The notes under the pieces are model-generated. The model worked only from the letters and a program-made list of their open reading frames with translations. It was not told the origin of the DNA and did no database searches. The translations under genes and the position numbers were made by a program. This document shows, piece after piece, positions 50,147 through 63,905 of a stretch of 64,000 nucleotides of DNA. This DNA comes from Sminthopsis crassicaudata (taxonomy: Eukaryota), in the NCBI RefSeq assembly GCF_048593235.1, contig NC_133618.1, positions 618,654,889 through 618,718,888 of the forward strand, written 5' to 3'. The first letter of the stretch is position 1, and every line of letters starts with the position of its first letter.

Positions 50147-51412
50147 CATTTATTTATTTTAAAGCTTTTTGTTTTCAAAATATATACATAGATAGTTTTC
50201 AATATTCACTCCTGCAAAACCTTGTATTCCAAATTTTTTCTCCCTCACTTTCCCCCATCCCCTCCTCCAGACAGCAACTAATCCAATATATGTTAAACAA
50301 TTACACTTCTTCTATACATATTTCTACATTTATCATGCTGTATAGGAAAAACCAGATAAAAAAAGAAAATGAGAAGAAAACAAAATGCAAGCAAATTACA
50401 ACCAAAAAAGTAAAAATACTATGCTGTGATCCATACTTAATTCCTATAGTCCTCTCTCAGGATGCAGATAGCTCTCTCCATCACAAGACCATCGGAACTG
50501 GCCAGAATCACCTCATTGTTGAAAAGAGAAAGAACCATATCCATTAGAATTGATCATCATATAATCTTGTAGTTGCTATGTACAATGTTCTTTTGTTTCT
50601 ACTCACTTCACATAGCATCAGTTTATGAAAGTCTCTCCAGGCTTTTCTGAAATAATCCTGCTGATTATTTCCTACAGAACAATAATATTCCATAACATTC
50701 ATATACCATAATTTATTCAGCCATTCTCCAACTGATAGGCATCCACTTAGTATCCAGTTCCTTGCCACTAGAAAAAGAACTGCTACAAACATTTTTCCTC
50801 TTCCCTTCTTTATGATATCTTTATGATATAATCCCAGTAGAGACACTGCATGATCAAAGGGTATGAACAGTTTGATAGCCCTTTGGGCAAAGATCCATAT
50901 TACTTTTTAGAATGGCTGGATCAGTTTACAACTCCACCATCAGTGTTCCAGTTTTCCCACATCCCCTCCAACATTCATCATTATTTTTCCTGTCATCTTA
51001 GCCAATCTGACAGGTGTGTAGTGGTATTTCAGAGTTGTCTTAATTTGCATTTCTCTGATCAATACTAATTTAGAGCATTTTTTCATATGACTAGAAATAG
51101 TTTTAATTTCTTCATCTGAAAATTATCTGTTCATATTCTTTGACCATTTATCAGTTGGAGAATAGCTTTTATTCTTATAAAATTTAGTCAATTATCCACA
51201 TATTTAAAAATGATATATTTATCAGAACCCTGGAATGCAATTTTGCAACCCAATTTACTGCTTACTTTTTAATCTTTTCTGCATTGGTTTTGTTTGTACA
51301 AAAACTTTTTAACTTAATATAATCAAAATTATTCATTTTGTACTTCATAATGTACTCTAGTTTTTCTTTGGCCACAAATTCCTTCCTTCTCCACAGATAT
51401 AAGAGATATCCT
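50147..51412 (-). mobile_element. Older 5'-truncated L1 splitting a minus-strand L2 (about 49670-50146 and 51413-51960)
   Basis: ORF 50544-50846 is L1 ORF2 C-terminus. 12-bp TSD TATGAAGAATTT / TATAAAGAATTT (50135-50146 and 51413-51424) followed by a TTTT/AA site. Confidence 0.88.
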
Positions 51413-52999
51413 TATAAAGAATTTTAAATGCCAAACAGAGAAATTTATTTTTGATCTGAGAAGTGATAATGATCCATTGAAGTATATAGAAGAGGAGCAC
51501 TCACACCAGCTCTGTAGGAAAATTTCTTTGAAGGATTTGTCAGGGATAAATGTGAGGAGGCAAAGAATTGAGGTAGAGAAACTAAATAGGAGCTTGTTAT
51601 AATTATGCATGTTAAAAGTTATGAGCATCTGGATAAGGATTATCAGATTTATAACCAATAGATAAAAGAACATCTATGGGAGAATTTTGTGGAGATAAAT
51701 GTCAAAGATTTTGGCAACTGTTTGCATATGTGAGCTAAAGGTGAGTGAGAGTCAAGAAGAACATTTTCAAAATTGTGTCACTGTAAGGATGGCAATGTCC
51801 TTGACAGTGACAAGTAGGTTTGGAGGAGCCCTGGGCATGGAGGTAAAGGAGGAAGAAGATAATGAGTTTTGTTTGGGATATGCTGAGTTTGAGATGCTAG
51901 TTTGAAATGTCTACTAGGCAGTTTGTGACATGGATCTTTTAAATCAAGAGAAACTAGGGCTGAATACATTTTTCAACCCTCACAACATCCAATGAGGGAT
52001 TGACAATATTTCTATTTTACAGATTAGGAAAATTAAATTCAAAATAAGGTATAGAGAAATTGATTGATTTATCCAGGGTCACCCAGCAATGTCTAAATCA
52101 GACTGTATCTTCCAGATTCTAAATCCAACACTTTTTCCCCTTTCACCACATTGAGACTAGAAGTGTGCAGTTTATTCTCCTCTACCTTTCCCTGTCTGGT
52201 GGAAAGATTTGTGTTCAGAGCTATTACTCTGAGGCATTGCAAGATGATCACCAGAGAATGATGAAATTATGTTTTCTCCTAACCAAGTCAGGAAAAGAGA
52301 GTAATATACACCACCTCTGAGAATTCAAATTAATTGACATTTTATTACAAACCTGTGAATGAAGAAAACTGTCAGGTAATTGTATCTACACATTTCATTC
52401 AAAGATGATGAGAGGAAAGAAAACTTATCTAGTGCAGAAATTTGAACTATCTTATGTCATCTTTCTGCTTACCCACTTAAATTACAATCTTAGAATGCCT
52501 CTCTATGTTACTATCAAATCCTGCACTCCATAAAGTGTGCGTAAAAGCTAAGTACAGGGCCAATGTGCATGTTTCTTGCTGCTTAGTGGTCTATGGGTGA
52601 TAGTGATTTATTTGTCAGGGGTGGGGGTAGAAATCTTCCCATATTAAGGACTTTGAAAGAATAGTTGTTGCAAAGTCACCCAAGAAAAGAATAAACATTT
52701 ACTTCCTATATTTTTGTTTTATATAAAATGTATGAGACATCTGCTGCCAAATAGACATGATGAAGGCATTTTCATTTTACAGGAAACTTAGATGAAGAGA
52801 AAATCAAGACCTATAAAAGAGGAGAGACTGTTCCCAATGGACAACAAGAAGAAAAGAGGTAAGGATCTTAAGTGAATGCACAGAATTAGGAATGGCAATC
52901 CACAAAAGAGAAATGGAAATCATCTAATGGAGTCATTTCCTTATAAGAATAGTTATTGGGCACTGAATTGTAATGCTTTATCATCATTCAGTTGAGTTC

Positions 53000-53690
53000 A
53001 CATCTTCCTTCCTACATATCTCCTTAAAGTGCTGTATAACGCAAATTTATAAACTCACATGCTCCCCACCTTAGTTTGAGACCTCATCAACTCTTATCTG
53101 GATTATAACAGCAGTATCCTAATTGGTTTCCTAGTCTTCAGTTTATCATGTCTCCAACCCACTAGTCACACAACTTCTCAAATAGGAATTTTTAAAGCTT
53201 AAATTAGACCATGTGAATATTACTCAAGAAGCTTCTATTGCCTATTGTCCTCAGGATAACATATAAATACCTCTATTTGACATTTATATTTGTGTAAAAT
53301 TTGACTTAAACCTATCTTTCCATTATGATGAAACTTACTCCCTTTCTTAAACTCAAAATTTTAGACAAATTTAGCCATGCTATTTCCTCACTTCTGTGCT
53401 TTTTACATGGGCTGTTTCTTATGATTATATGGTCTTCCCACTCCATCTCTATTTTGGGGAATCCCTATCTTCCTTTAAGATTCAGATCAAGGGCCACCTC
53501 CTACATGAGATATTTATTGATTCTCTTTATTTTAAATGTTATACCCTGAAATTTTTGTTTTTACTCTGTGTTTAATTTAAATTTAATTATTGGCTCCCAT
53601 GTTGTAGAATGTAAGCTCCTTGAGAACATTTCTTTGTATTTATGTTATAAATATGTTAGATGCGCATGATAACCAATAAATTATTGAGTG
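53000..53690 (+). mobile_element. L2 3' fragment
   Basis: ctcatcaactcttatctggattataacagcagtatcctaattggtttcc...gaatgtaagctccttgag. Confidence 0.75.
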
Positions 53691-53789
53691 GTTGCTAAGA
53701 ACATGATGACACAATGCCCAAAAAGTAGGTGAATGACCTTAAACTCCTTTCTATTTCTAGCAATTTAGGTCCCAAAATCTGGAAGAAAT

Positions 53790-54200
53790 GAAGAGGTCAA
53801 AGTAGATAGCCCAGCATGCAAATAATTAACAGAGTCTTATATCCTCAAGAGAAATCCCTTTCTTATGTAAACTTCAAAGGATTTACAGCTTCCTGAGGAG
53901 CTTCTTTGATATACAAACTTCTCTATATCCAAAGGAAGCAGAAAAGTCCTTTGCAAGTACAAACTCTGTTTTGTGATCCTGTTTGTGTATAAAATGAACC
54001 TCCAAAATACTATTCTTTGCAAATAGACTTTTCTCTGCCTTTTGCCCACTGACTCTGCAGGTCCCTTTCCTGGCACTAGGCTCTTCTGCATGAAGGCATT
54101 TTGCCTGCCAATTTTGCAGCATTATTTTCCTAATCAATAAAGATTTTATTTTAACATTGGGCGAATTGAGTAGGCAAATTCATTCCTTACGAATCTGACC
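53790..54200 (+). mobile_element. Probable LTR
   Basis: gtataaaatg TATA near 53987, AATAAA near 54136, LTR-like composition. No TSD found. Confidence 0.45.
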
Positions 54201-56895
54201 TTGGTACTTTGGAGGGAGGAGGAGAGAGATAAACGGACAGCCAGAAAAGAACCACTGATCCATCTCTGCCCAGAGTTTACCACCTTCTTCACTCGCCCTC
54301 TTCAGAAAGTAATCATGTTGGTATGGAGAGTTGTTGACAGTCACAAGCCGAAGTCTGTAGTTTGTCATAGATCATAGATCACAGATTACCTTTGTCCAGC
54401 ATTATATAGGCCCATGGATTTTGAAAACATAAGAGGAAACTGGAAAGGGATTGATCTGGACATTATGTTGATGTCTTAGGATGTTATAATATGAAATGAC
54501 CATTAAACAGATATAACAAGAGGTATTGGAATGAATCAAGAAATTCCTGGTCACCAAGCTAATTAGAGAGACAGCTGAATCCCAGATCTTTAAGTGAGGG
54601 GACCTGTATACAAAATGTACACTTCAGATAAGACCAGTCTCCTAGGTGACTGCTGCCATTCTCCTTCCTTACTTTAATTGGGACAGTAGCTCAAAGATTG
54701 TGAGATTCTCAAGGTCAACATTTTTTGGCCTTTCTTTGTATTCCCAGAATGCCTGCACACAATGCCTGACAGATGGGAGTTCCTTATTAATCCCTATTGT
54801 TAAATATTTGGCAGTAAACCATTGTGGAGTCTTGCACAATGCTATTAATTAATTAATATCTTTGCTCAATTAATTAAGTTCCTAAAGTAAACACTTAAAG
54901 TGCTCAAGGGATTAGGAAGAGAAACAAAGATAAATAAAGATTAGTCCTTATCTTCAGCAAGTTTATAATCTAGCAATATGGTGTTAATAGTCTTATGACA
55001 TAAACATACATATGCAATTCTCTACAATATGTGATAAGAGTTGCAGAATGAAATATACTGCGATAAAAACATAAAAGAGATAGACTTAAAAGGCTGTGTG
55101 AATATGAGGCCGGGCATGTGGTCAGTGCTCAATAAGTATTTGTTGATTAAATAAGTGAATTCCTGCCATATCCAAAGCGGCAAAGATTACTTGAAGGGGC
55201 ATTTTTTTTTTTCACCTTTGGCTTCCAACAGTCTGGTTATTGCTTCTGTTTTGCTTCCCATCTCAATTATCTCTAGGCATTATCTTGTGTTCTATAAGCT
55301 GCAAGTGTCATGGGGTATGACACTAAGGAATCTGGCAATGTGTTCTTTCCTCTCATTATTTCTGCACACTGATCCAGCAAATCTATGCCAGATATTTTGC
55401 TCCATCTGCTACACTTGTGTCAGCTGAGAAGATGGAGCACCCTGGGGAATCTCAGTGTGAAAATGTTTTATTTTATCTCTGGGAAGAAAAATCAGTGTTT
55501 CTGGAGGTGAAGGCCACATACCCCTCAGGCAAGATGGACTGAGAGATGAGGATGCTTGTAGGTCTGGATAACAGACTCAAATGATGTACTCCACTTTTGG
55601 AAACTTAATTTGAGTTTACCTCTTCCTCTTTAATACTAGGATTCAGCAAGAACAACAACAAATTATTCTTATTATTTTGTAGGAGAATGAGTCCTTGAAT
55701 AGAGTATCTTTTCACCTTTGGGGAGGTATTCAATTTTTAATTCCTGAAAATAACTAGCACAGTGTTGGAGTGAGTTGGGACAAAAATAATTAAGGGGAAC
55801 AGAGGCAAGATGGCAGATGGAGTTCCCTGATTTCTCCTCGTTTTCCTCTGGAAACAAAGTTAAATCAAGCCATTAAGTAGGTTCTGGAATGATAGAAACT
55901 ACAAAAAGATGGAATGATATAATTTTCCAGATTAAGATAATTTAGAAGGACTTCAAGAAATGTATTCCTCACTTGGGTAACTGGGGACTTCATCTCATGC
56001 AGGCATGGTATGGACAAAGCTAGGAGAAAGCTCTTAGCTACAGCACAGATAAGTAACCAAAAACCCTTGGTAACTGTAAGCCTTTAATCCCCATACACAA
56101 GCTAAAGCCCAGCCCAACAGGTGTGACTAAATTGGGCCATCCCAGAGAAGTTGGCAAACTTCCAATACCTCAGATCCCAGCATGGAAAGCCAGTGACCAG
56201 GTTCCTGTCTCCCAGCACAGGAAGCTTGGGAGAGTGTCCCTGTGCTTTAGGAATAGAGCTCAACTTTTAAAAATGAACAAAAATCAAAAAGAGTCCAGGC
56301 CATAGAAAGCTACTATGGTAACAGAGAAGATCAAAACACAACTAGAAGAAGACAATATGCATACATGTAAAGCCTCAAAGAGGAATATAATTTGGTCTCA
56401 AGACCCCAAAGTCCTCTTGGAAGCTCTCAAAAAGGATTTTGAAAATCAAGTAAGAGAGGTAAAAGAAAAAAATGGGGAAAGAAAAAAAAGAGTTATACAG
56501 GGTAGTTTTGCAAAATAGAATCAGCAGCTTAGAAAAGGAAGCACAAACATTGACTGAAAAAAACAATTCTTTAAATAATAGAATTGGCCACATTGGGACA
56601 AAAATTAGACTGAGAAAACAAAACTTCTTTAAAAATAGAATTGGCCAAATGGCCTCCAAGAAGGAGGCATAAGGGCTAACTGAAGAAAATAATTCCTTAA
56701 AAAATTATAATTGAGCAAGTGGAAGTTAATGACACCACAAGACATCAAGAACCAGTCAAACAAAATCAAAAGAATGGAAAAAAATGTAAAATATCTCATA
56801 GAAAAAAACACTTATCTGGAAAATAGGTCCAGGAAAGATAATTTAAGAAATATTGGACTATTTGAAAGCCTCAACCAAAAGAGACTGGACAACAT

Positions 56896-57042
56896 TTTTT
56901 TTTTTCCCCCTGAGGCTGGGGTTAAGTGACTTGCCCAGGGTCACACCGCTAGGAAATGTGAAGTGTCTGAGTCCAGATTTGAATTCAGGTCCTCCTGAAT
57001 TCAGGGCTGGTGCTCTATCCACTGCGCCATCTAGCTGCCCCC
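56896..57042 (-). mobile_element. Young WSINE1-type SINE inserted in L1 ORF1
   Basis: Intact A and B boxes, poly(A) tail, perfect 12-bp TSD ACTGGACAACAT (56884-56895 and 57044-57055). Confidence 0.96.
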
Positions 57043-58370
57043 TACTGGACAACATCTTTCAAAAAAATTATCAAAGAGAACTGACCTGATATGCTAGAAT
57101 CAGAGGGTAAAATTACCACTGGGGGGGAAAAAAAATCACTTATTACCTCTAAAAGAGATCTCAAACTGAAAACTCTAAGAAATATTGTAGGCAAATTCCA
57201 GAATTAACAGGACAAGTAGAAAATACTGCAGGAATCCAAAAGCCAAGGAGCCACAGTCATGATTATGCAAGACTTAGGAATTCCTAGTTAAAGGATCAGA
57301 ATGCTTGTAATATGATATTCTGGAAGTTTGGATTACTCCTCAGCAAAACTGAGCATAATTTTTCAGAGAAAAAGATGGACATTCAGTGAAACAGAGAACT
57401 CTTAAACTTTCCTGATGAAAAGACTAGAAATGAACAAGAAATTTGATCTTCAGATATAAGACTCAGACTATAAGCTTTCAAATATAAGACTTCAAAACAG
57501 CATAAAAATAACTAGGAAATTAAAAAAAAAAACATGTTATTTAATAAGATTAAACTGTTTACCTCCCTACGTGGGAAGATGGTACTTGTAAATCTGGAAA
57601 ACTATATCTCTATTAGCTTAGTTATAAGGAAAATAAATAGAAAGAAAGTATAAGTTGAATTTGATGACATAAAAAAGAGGTAAAAAAAGTATTCTGAGGG
57701 TACTGAGAAGATGCTAAAAGAAGAGGAAAGGGGAGACAGAATAGGATCTTCACATGAAGAGATGCAAAAGACCTATTACAGTAGAGGGAAAGAAAAGAGA
57801 AGGTGACATTACTTGAACTGATTTGGCTCAAAGAAGGAAAAACAAGCACAATCAATTGGGTAGAAATTTCCTTATTGGACAATAGGAGGAGAAAGAGAAA
57901 AGAAGAGGGAGAAGGTTGATAGAAGCTAAAACAGATTGAGGGAATGTGGTTGTCAAAAGTAAATACTGTTGAGGAAGGACAGGGTTGGAGAAAGAAAAGC
58001 ATAAATGAAGGGAAATATACAGTTGGGGATCAAAAATGAAAGTAAATGATAATAATTCTCCCATAAAATGGAACAGCAGAGTGGATGAAAACCAGAATGC
58101 TACAATGAGTTGTTTGCAAGAAACTTATTTGAAGCAGAGAACTACGTACACAGTAAAGGTAAAAAACTGCAGCAAATTCTATTATGCTTTATCTGAAGTA
58201 AAAAAAAAAAAAAGAAGCAGGGATAGCTATCCTAAATTTAGACAAAGCAAAACAAAAATAGATCTCATTAAAAGAGGTATTGAAGGAAACAATATTCTGC
58301 CAAAAGGTACCAAAGATAATGAAGTAATATCAATAATAAACATATATGCACAAGTGGTATAGTATCTAAA

Positions 58371-58893
58371 TTTTTTTTATTTAGAATTTTTTTTCCACAG
58401 TATATATGCATGAATAATTTTTAAATAATATTATCCCTTGTATTCATTTTTCCAAATTATCCCCCCCTCCCTCTACTCCCTCCCCTTGATGACAGGCAAT
58501 CCCATACATTTTACATATGTTACAATATAACCTAGATACAATATATGTGTGTAAATACCATTTTCTTGTTGCACATTAAGTATTAGATTCCAAAGGTGTA
58601 AGTAACCTGGGTAGATAGACAGTAGTGCTAACAGTTTACATTCACTTCCCAGTGTTCCTTCTCTGGGTGTAGTTATTTCTGTCCATCATTGATCAACTGG
58701 ACGTGAGTTGGATCTTCTTTATGTTGAAGATATTCACTTCCATCAGAATACATCTTCATATAACATTGAAGTGTACAGAGATCTTCTGGTTCTATTCATT
58801 TCACTCAGCATCAGTTGATGTAAGTCTCTCCAAGCCTCTCTGTATTCCTCCTGCTGGTCATTTCTTACAGAGCAATAATATTCCATAACCTTC
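58371..58893 (-). mobile_element. Young L1 3' end inserted antisense into the EN domain of the old L1
   Basis: Same subfamily as 27447-28663. TSD ATAGTATCTA (58359-58368 and 58894-58903). Confidence 0.93.
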
Positions 58894-60739
58894 ATAGTAT
58901 CTATTAAAGAAAAAACTAAATTACAGTAAAGTTATACTAATGTGGGAACTTGATTTCCCCCTGTTAGGAAAAAAAACCCTAGATAAATCTAACAGCAAAA
59001 TAAACAAGAAAGAAGGTAAGGAGATGAATAGAATTTTAGAAATGTTAGATATGATGGACTTCTAGACAAAGATGAATATGTCTTTGTTGTCAGTGGCACT
59101 TAACACCTACACAAAAATAGACCATAATCTTCATAATAAAATCTAGAGAGGCAGAAATAGTAAATGCATCTTTTTTCAGATCATGATGCAATAAAACTAC
59201 TCTTAATAATGGGCTGTAGAAAGATAGGTTAAAAAATTAATTGGAAAATAATCAACCTAATCCTAAAGAATATATGAGTCAAACAACAAATCATAGATGA
59301 AATCAATAATTTCATCAGTGAGAATTTCAATAGAGAGACCAATGTATCAAGCCTTATTGGATGCAATCCAAACAGTTCTTAGAGGAAATTTTATATTTTT
59401 AAATGTTTACTTAAGTAAAATAGAGAAAAAGTGGCATGGAAATAAAAAAGCTAGAAAAAGAGAAAATCAAAATTCACAATTAAATATGAAATTAGTAATT
59501 CTGAATATGAGAGGAAAAATAATAAAATTGAAAGTAAGAAAATTATTAAACGAATAAGTAAAACTAAAAGTTGGCTTTATTTAAAAAAACTCAATAAAAT
59601 ATATAAGCCTTTGTTTAATTTGATTTAAAAAAAAATAAGAAAATCAAACTAGCCATATCAAAAATGAAAAAGATGAATCTACTACAAATGAAGAGGAAAT
59701 TAAAACAATAATTCAAAGTCATTTTGCTCATTTGGCATTTTATTATGCCAATAAACCTGATAATCTTAGTAAAATTAATAAATATTGAAAATTATAAATT
59801 TACCACATTTAGAAGGGAGGAAATAAAATACTTAAATAACTCCATTTTAGAAAAAGCAATTGAACAAGTCATCCATGAACTTCCTAGAAAAAAAAGTTCT
59901 AGCTTCAGATAGATTTACAAATGAATTTTACCAAACATTTAAAGAACAATTAACTCCAATATTATATAAATTATTTGGAAAAATACAAAATATTATGCTG
60001 ATACCCAAACCAGAAAAAACTAAAAAAGGGAAAAATAGACCAATTTTAGATAAGTAGCAAGGATGAGGGACATTATTATGAGTAGGATGAAAAGCAGAAT
60101 AATTCAGAAATATGCAGAGAGAAATCAATTCTTCACATTAGAGTGAAGGAACACGTAGTAGGAAAAACATAGGAAAGCTATGTGAAAAAGCTGTGAAAAT
60201 ATGGACAATGAATTTGACTAATAAAATAGGTCACCATTTCATGTTTTTGAGCAGAGGAGCAACATAATGAAACCAATACTTCAGGGAGGTTAATTTTCAA
60301 AGCCCCTAAACTTAGTCCTCTAAAATCTTGAACAATTAAATTTCAGAGCTTGAAGGCAACTTCAAACCTAAAATACCATTCCTCATTCCATCTGCTTTTT
60401 CTAAATCCTATAAATACTGGACTATGAATCTGAAGACCTCTCCCCTATCCTGGACTCTATCATAAACCTTCTGATGACCAATTTTCTCACCCACAGAGCC
60501 AGGAAATTGAAATGCATAACTTCTCATTCAATTTAATACTCTTTGATTCTTAGTCGCAAGTCTTCTACAAAGGCTTTAATATTTTCAGTCCAAAGAAATC
60601 TCATCCCACTCTGTACTAGAATGTTATTCCTCATAGACACTGGTGTTAAGCTTCCATAGTAATGGGGAACTCAATCCATTTAACTTTTAAAGGAATGAAG
60701 TTTTTGTTTTTGTTTTTGTTTTTGCAAGACATTAATGCA

Positions 60740-60922
60740 GGGGCAGCTAAATGACATAATGGATACAACACCAGCCCTGGAGGTAGGAGGACCTGAGTTC
60801 AAATCCAGCCTCAGACACTTAACATTCTTAGCTGTGTGACCCTGAGCAAGTTACTCAACCTAATATGCCTTGCAAGCAGCAACAACTACTATAAAACACA
60901 CACATATACACACATACAAATT
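60740..60922 (+). mobile_element. WSINE1-type SINE with a (CA)-rich tail
   Basis: ggggcagcta head, B box gagttcaaatcc, 13-bp TSD AAGACATTAATGC / AAGTCATTAATGC (60726-60738 and 60923-60935). Confidence 0.92.
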
Positions 60923-63639
60923 AAGTCATTAATGCCTTTGAAAGTTCAAAATACTGGTCCTGATTCTACTATATGGATCCCCATGGAACAAGCCTAATCA
61001 TTTTTCCACATGATAATCCTTTATGTCATAAAGAGAAATACTTTTCTCTAAGTCATCTCTTGTTCAAATTAAATTTCTATACTTCTTTCTAATTTATCTT
61101 CTTGGGTTATAATGTTTAATGTCCGGTTCTTTGCTTTTTTGGTATACTGCATCCGCTCAGTGTTCTGTCTAAAAATTGGTATCTGTCTAGGCACAAGTTC
61201 TAATTTGGTCTGCCAAGACAAAACAATGAGGCACTATTACCCATTTCCTGACTCACTTCCTGACTCCTTACTCCCTAAAGCTAGAGCCTTAGGATGGAGG
61301 AGCACTGAGTGCTGAGAGTTGGGTGACTGTTCAAAATAGAATCCAAGATCCCATCCTGAGTCTTTTGCTACTAAACTCCAGAACCATGTGCATACCACAA
61401 AAGTAATTTTTAGTGAATTGTAGGGAGCTAAATTGTTCCAATTGGGTGCTGTGAGCAATTCTTGCATTTTCCTAAGGAAAAAAAACGTATAGTTTTAGTT
61501 TCAGTAAATGTCTCCATGAAGTGTAAGCATGTATTTTGGAGATGGTAAGAGTGAAAAATCTAGTTTAGAAGTTATTGATTAGGAAAAATAAAGCAATATA
61601 GATCAAGGACTTATTGGGACCCAGAGGTTATCTAGTTTCCTCCCTTATCTTTTTTTTTAAATGAAGAAATTGAAGTCTATGGATGTACAATGACTTATCT
61701 AATGTAAAATAGAGAGTAAAAGCCAGAGGAAATATTTGTTTACCTATATAACTTTAGAGACAGTGCTTTTTCCATGGTACCATTGAGAAACAAGCCTATT
61801 CAGGATTCTGGCTTTGGACTTTGTCCAAGAATAACCACTACCTACATTCATCTAGGACGTGCACACCATCTGTAGGTGGTTTTGTGATGTGATCTTGCCC
61901 TCAAAGTCTCTAGGTTCACAGATTTCTCCTTGAAACTGTCATAATGAGAGTAACAGTTTTTATAATATAAAAATCATTCTAGTGGGTCTTGGAGAGTTTA
62001 TATTAATTGAAAATATATAGATTTGAGACATTATATTTTTTTCAGTGCTTAGTTATTCACAAACAAATAATAAGATGGCATTTATGTATTTGTACCCCTA
62101 TATTATTTATATGTTAAGGATTGGTTTTTGGAATACACTGGCTTCTATCCTGATGGAATCTTTATAAAATAACTTTGGTGGCAAGTATGATGAGTTGGAG
62201 ATTTTATTCTGTAAGGACATTTTGATTGAACTTTCTTAAAGAGCTACCAGAATTGGGGCTGATGAATTTGGGATAGTTTGTTTAAGTTGTTTCCTTTCTC
62301 AGACAATTCCTTATAATGATTCTAACAATCAACCAATTGACAAGCTTTAATCAAATCCTATCACAGTTCCAGGCCCTGGTAAGAATTCCTGGTTTGCCTG
62401 ATTTTGAAGGAAGGATCTAATAGAGCTGGTTGTCTTTTTGTAGCCCACTGGTTTCTGAGAGGGATGTTTACTTTAGCGTAGAGTCCTTTATTTCCAGTTT
62501 AGATGGTATAAAAGCCTCTGACATTCATTTAAATCTTTGCTGTAGTTTTCAATACCTAGTCCATGCTTTGTTCTGACCCCTCAGTTATCTACTGGGTCTT
62601 ATTTAGGTCTATTGCATTTTTTGCCCTTTTTTTCCTATTCTTGAATCTTTTCTCCTGAAAAGGGACATATCTTCTACTTCCCTTTCCTCATCCTCTTCAT
62701 TAAAAAAACATACAATAATGAAATCTCTTGGAAACAAATGAAAATGTAAGAACATATATTTTGAGATTGTTTAAAAAAAACTATGCCTGACTTCAATATT
62801 GGATCTTCTGGTTAAAAATAATTCTAAATCATTTGTAATATAATTTAATGAGAAAATCAAGTATATCTTAGAACTACATAAAATTCCCTCTAAACATGGA
62901 CAACATAGGAGGGGGCTATATGCAAAAGAATCTCTTCCTTCAATCTAGAACAGAGAGAATGAAGAGTGGAGCAGAAGAGAGAGAAATAGAGTTCAACTGT
63001 TTTCTTTTGTTGTTAAGCTTGAAGATCTGGAAATTTTCTCTAGGAAGTTTTTATTTTGCTTTAAAATGACTTTCTTTTTTTCATTGATAAAACCATGGTG
63101 CATTTTGAAAGAAATTCAATTTAAAAATTTATTTTTTGTAGCTAAATTGAGGTGCTCATTCTGTAAACAGCAGTGAAGACCTCCGTGGATAATAATGGTA
63201 TGGATATGTTGATATTTTTCTTTAGGAGGTAGGTCAATCTTGATTGGAAACCAGTTCCCTTAGAGACAGAATTGTACTGAAGGAAGCTGACCAGCAGATC
63301 TGCTATCTATAATGTATCAGGTTGGCGTATGATGCAGTTTGCTCTCTGTGGCCACCTGCTTCCCTTCCCTCAGATGGCTAACATTTCCTGGTAGTAGATG
63401 TTTTAGTTTCAAACCTGCTGTTATCTTTTTAAGTGAATGGCCTTTTTCTTGGAATCATTTTCTGTATGGATAGCCTAGAGTCCTGTGCCAAGTGGCACGG
63501 TCTGTCAGCAAAAAGCTGAAGAACATCTTTCAACACCTCCTACCTCCAAAACTCCAACAATATCAAAATTCCTCTAAGGATCAAGCAAAGTTGATAGACC
63601 AAAATATTAATGACCATTCTTCTTGAAAATCTTATTAAA

Positions 63640-63905
63640 TTTAGTTTAATTCAATTTAATAAACATTATTTTCTCTATCTCTTATGTACAAGGAGTTATA
63701 TTTGTTGATGGGATTACAAAAAGGGGAAACTGTAGCTTATTTTTATACCAAAGGAGCTTGGGCAGACATGACAAGGATATGATTAACTGTAATGCAGATT
63801 AGAATGCAGCATACCCAGAGGTAAATTGCAAACAGAATGCCATGTTTAATCTAAAAAAGGTGTGATAACTTCAAAATAATGAAAAAAAATGGAATGTATG
63901 GCAAG
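63640..63905 (-). mobile_element. L2 3' fragment
   Basis: ttaattcaatttaataaacattatt...cttatgtacaagg...aaaggagctt is a reverse-oriented L2 end. Similar fragments lie at 29500-29790, 54870-55070 and 60050-60290. Confidence 0.6.

Larger units (their letters stand above)
55794..60050 (+). mobile_element. Old L1, 5' half (5'UTR, ORF1, ORF2 EN, linker, start of RT), 3'-deleted
   Basis: Starts ggggaacagaggcaagatggc. ORF1 coiled-coil frames at 56315-56929, EN frame 58036-58362 (NSPIK...CLQETYLK...INIYA), and MLIPKP...KNRPI at about 59995-60045. Many stops and frameshifts. Confidence 0.9.

Noticed and set aside
56896-57042. tRNA gene
   Set aside because: The A and B boxes belong to a tRNA-derived SINE head followed by the CORE domain and a poly(A) tail with a TSD.
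60700-60728. Antisense SINE tail next to the WSINE1
   Set aside because: Only (GTTTTT)n plus gcaag, with no SINE body after the TSD; indistinguishable from a simple repeat.
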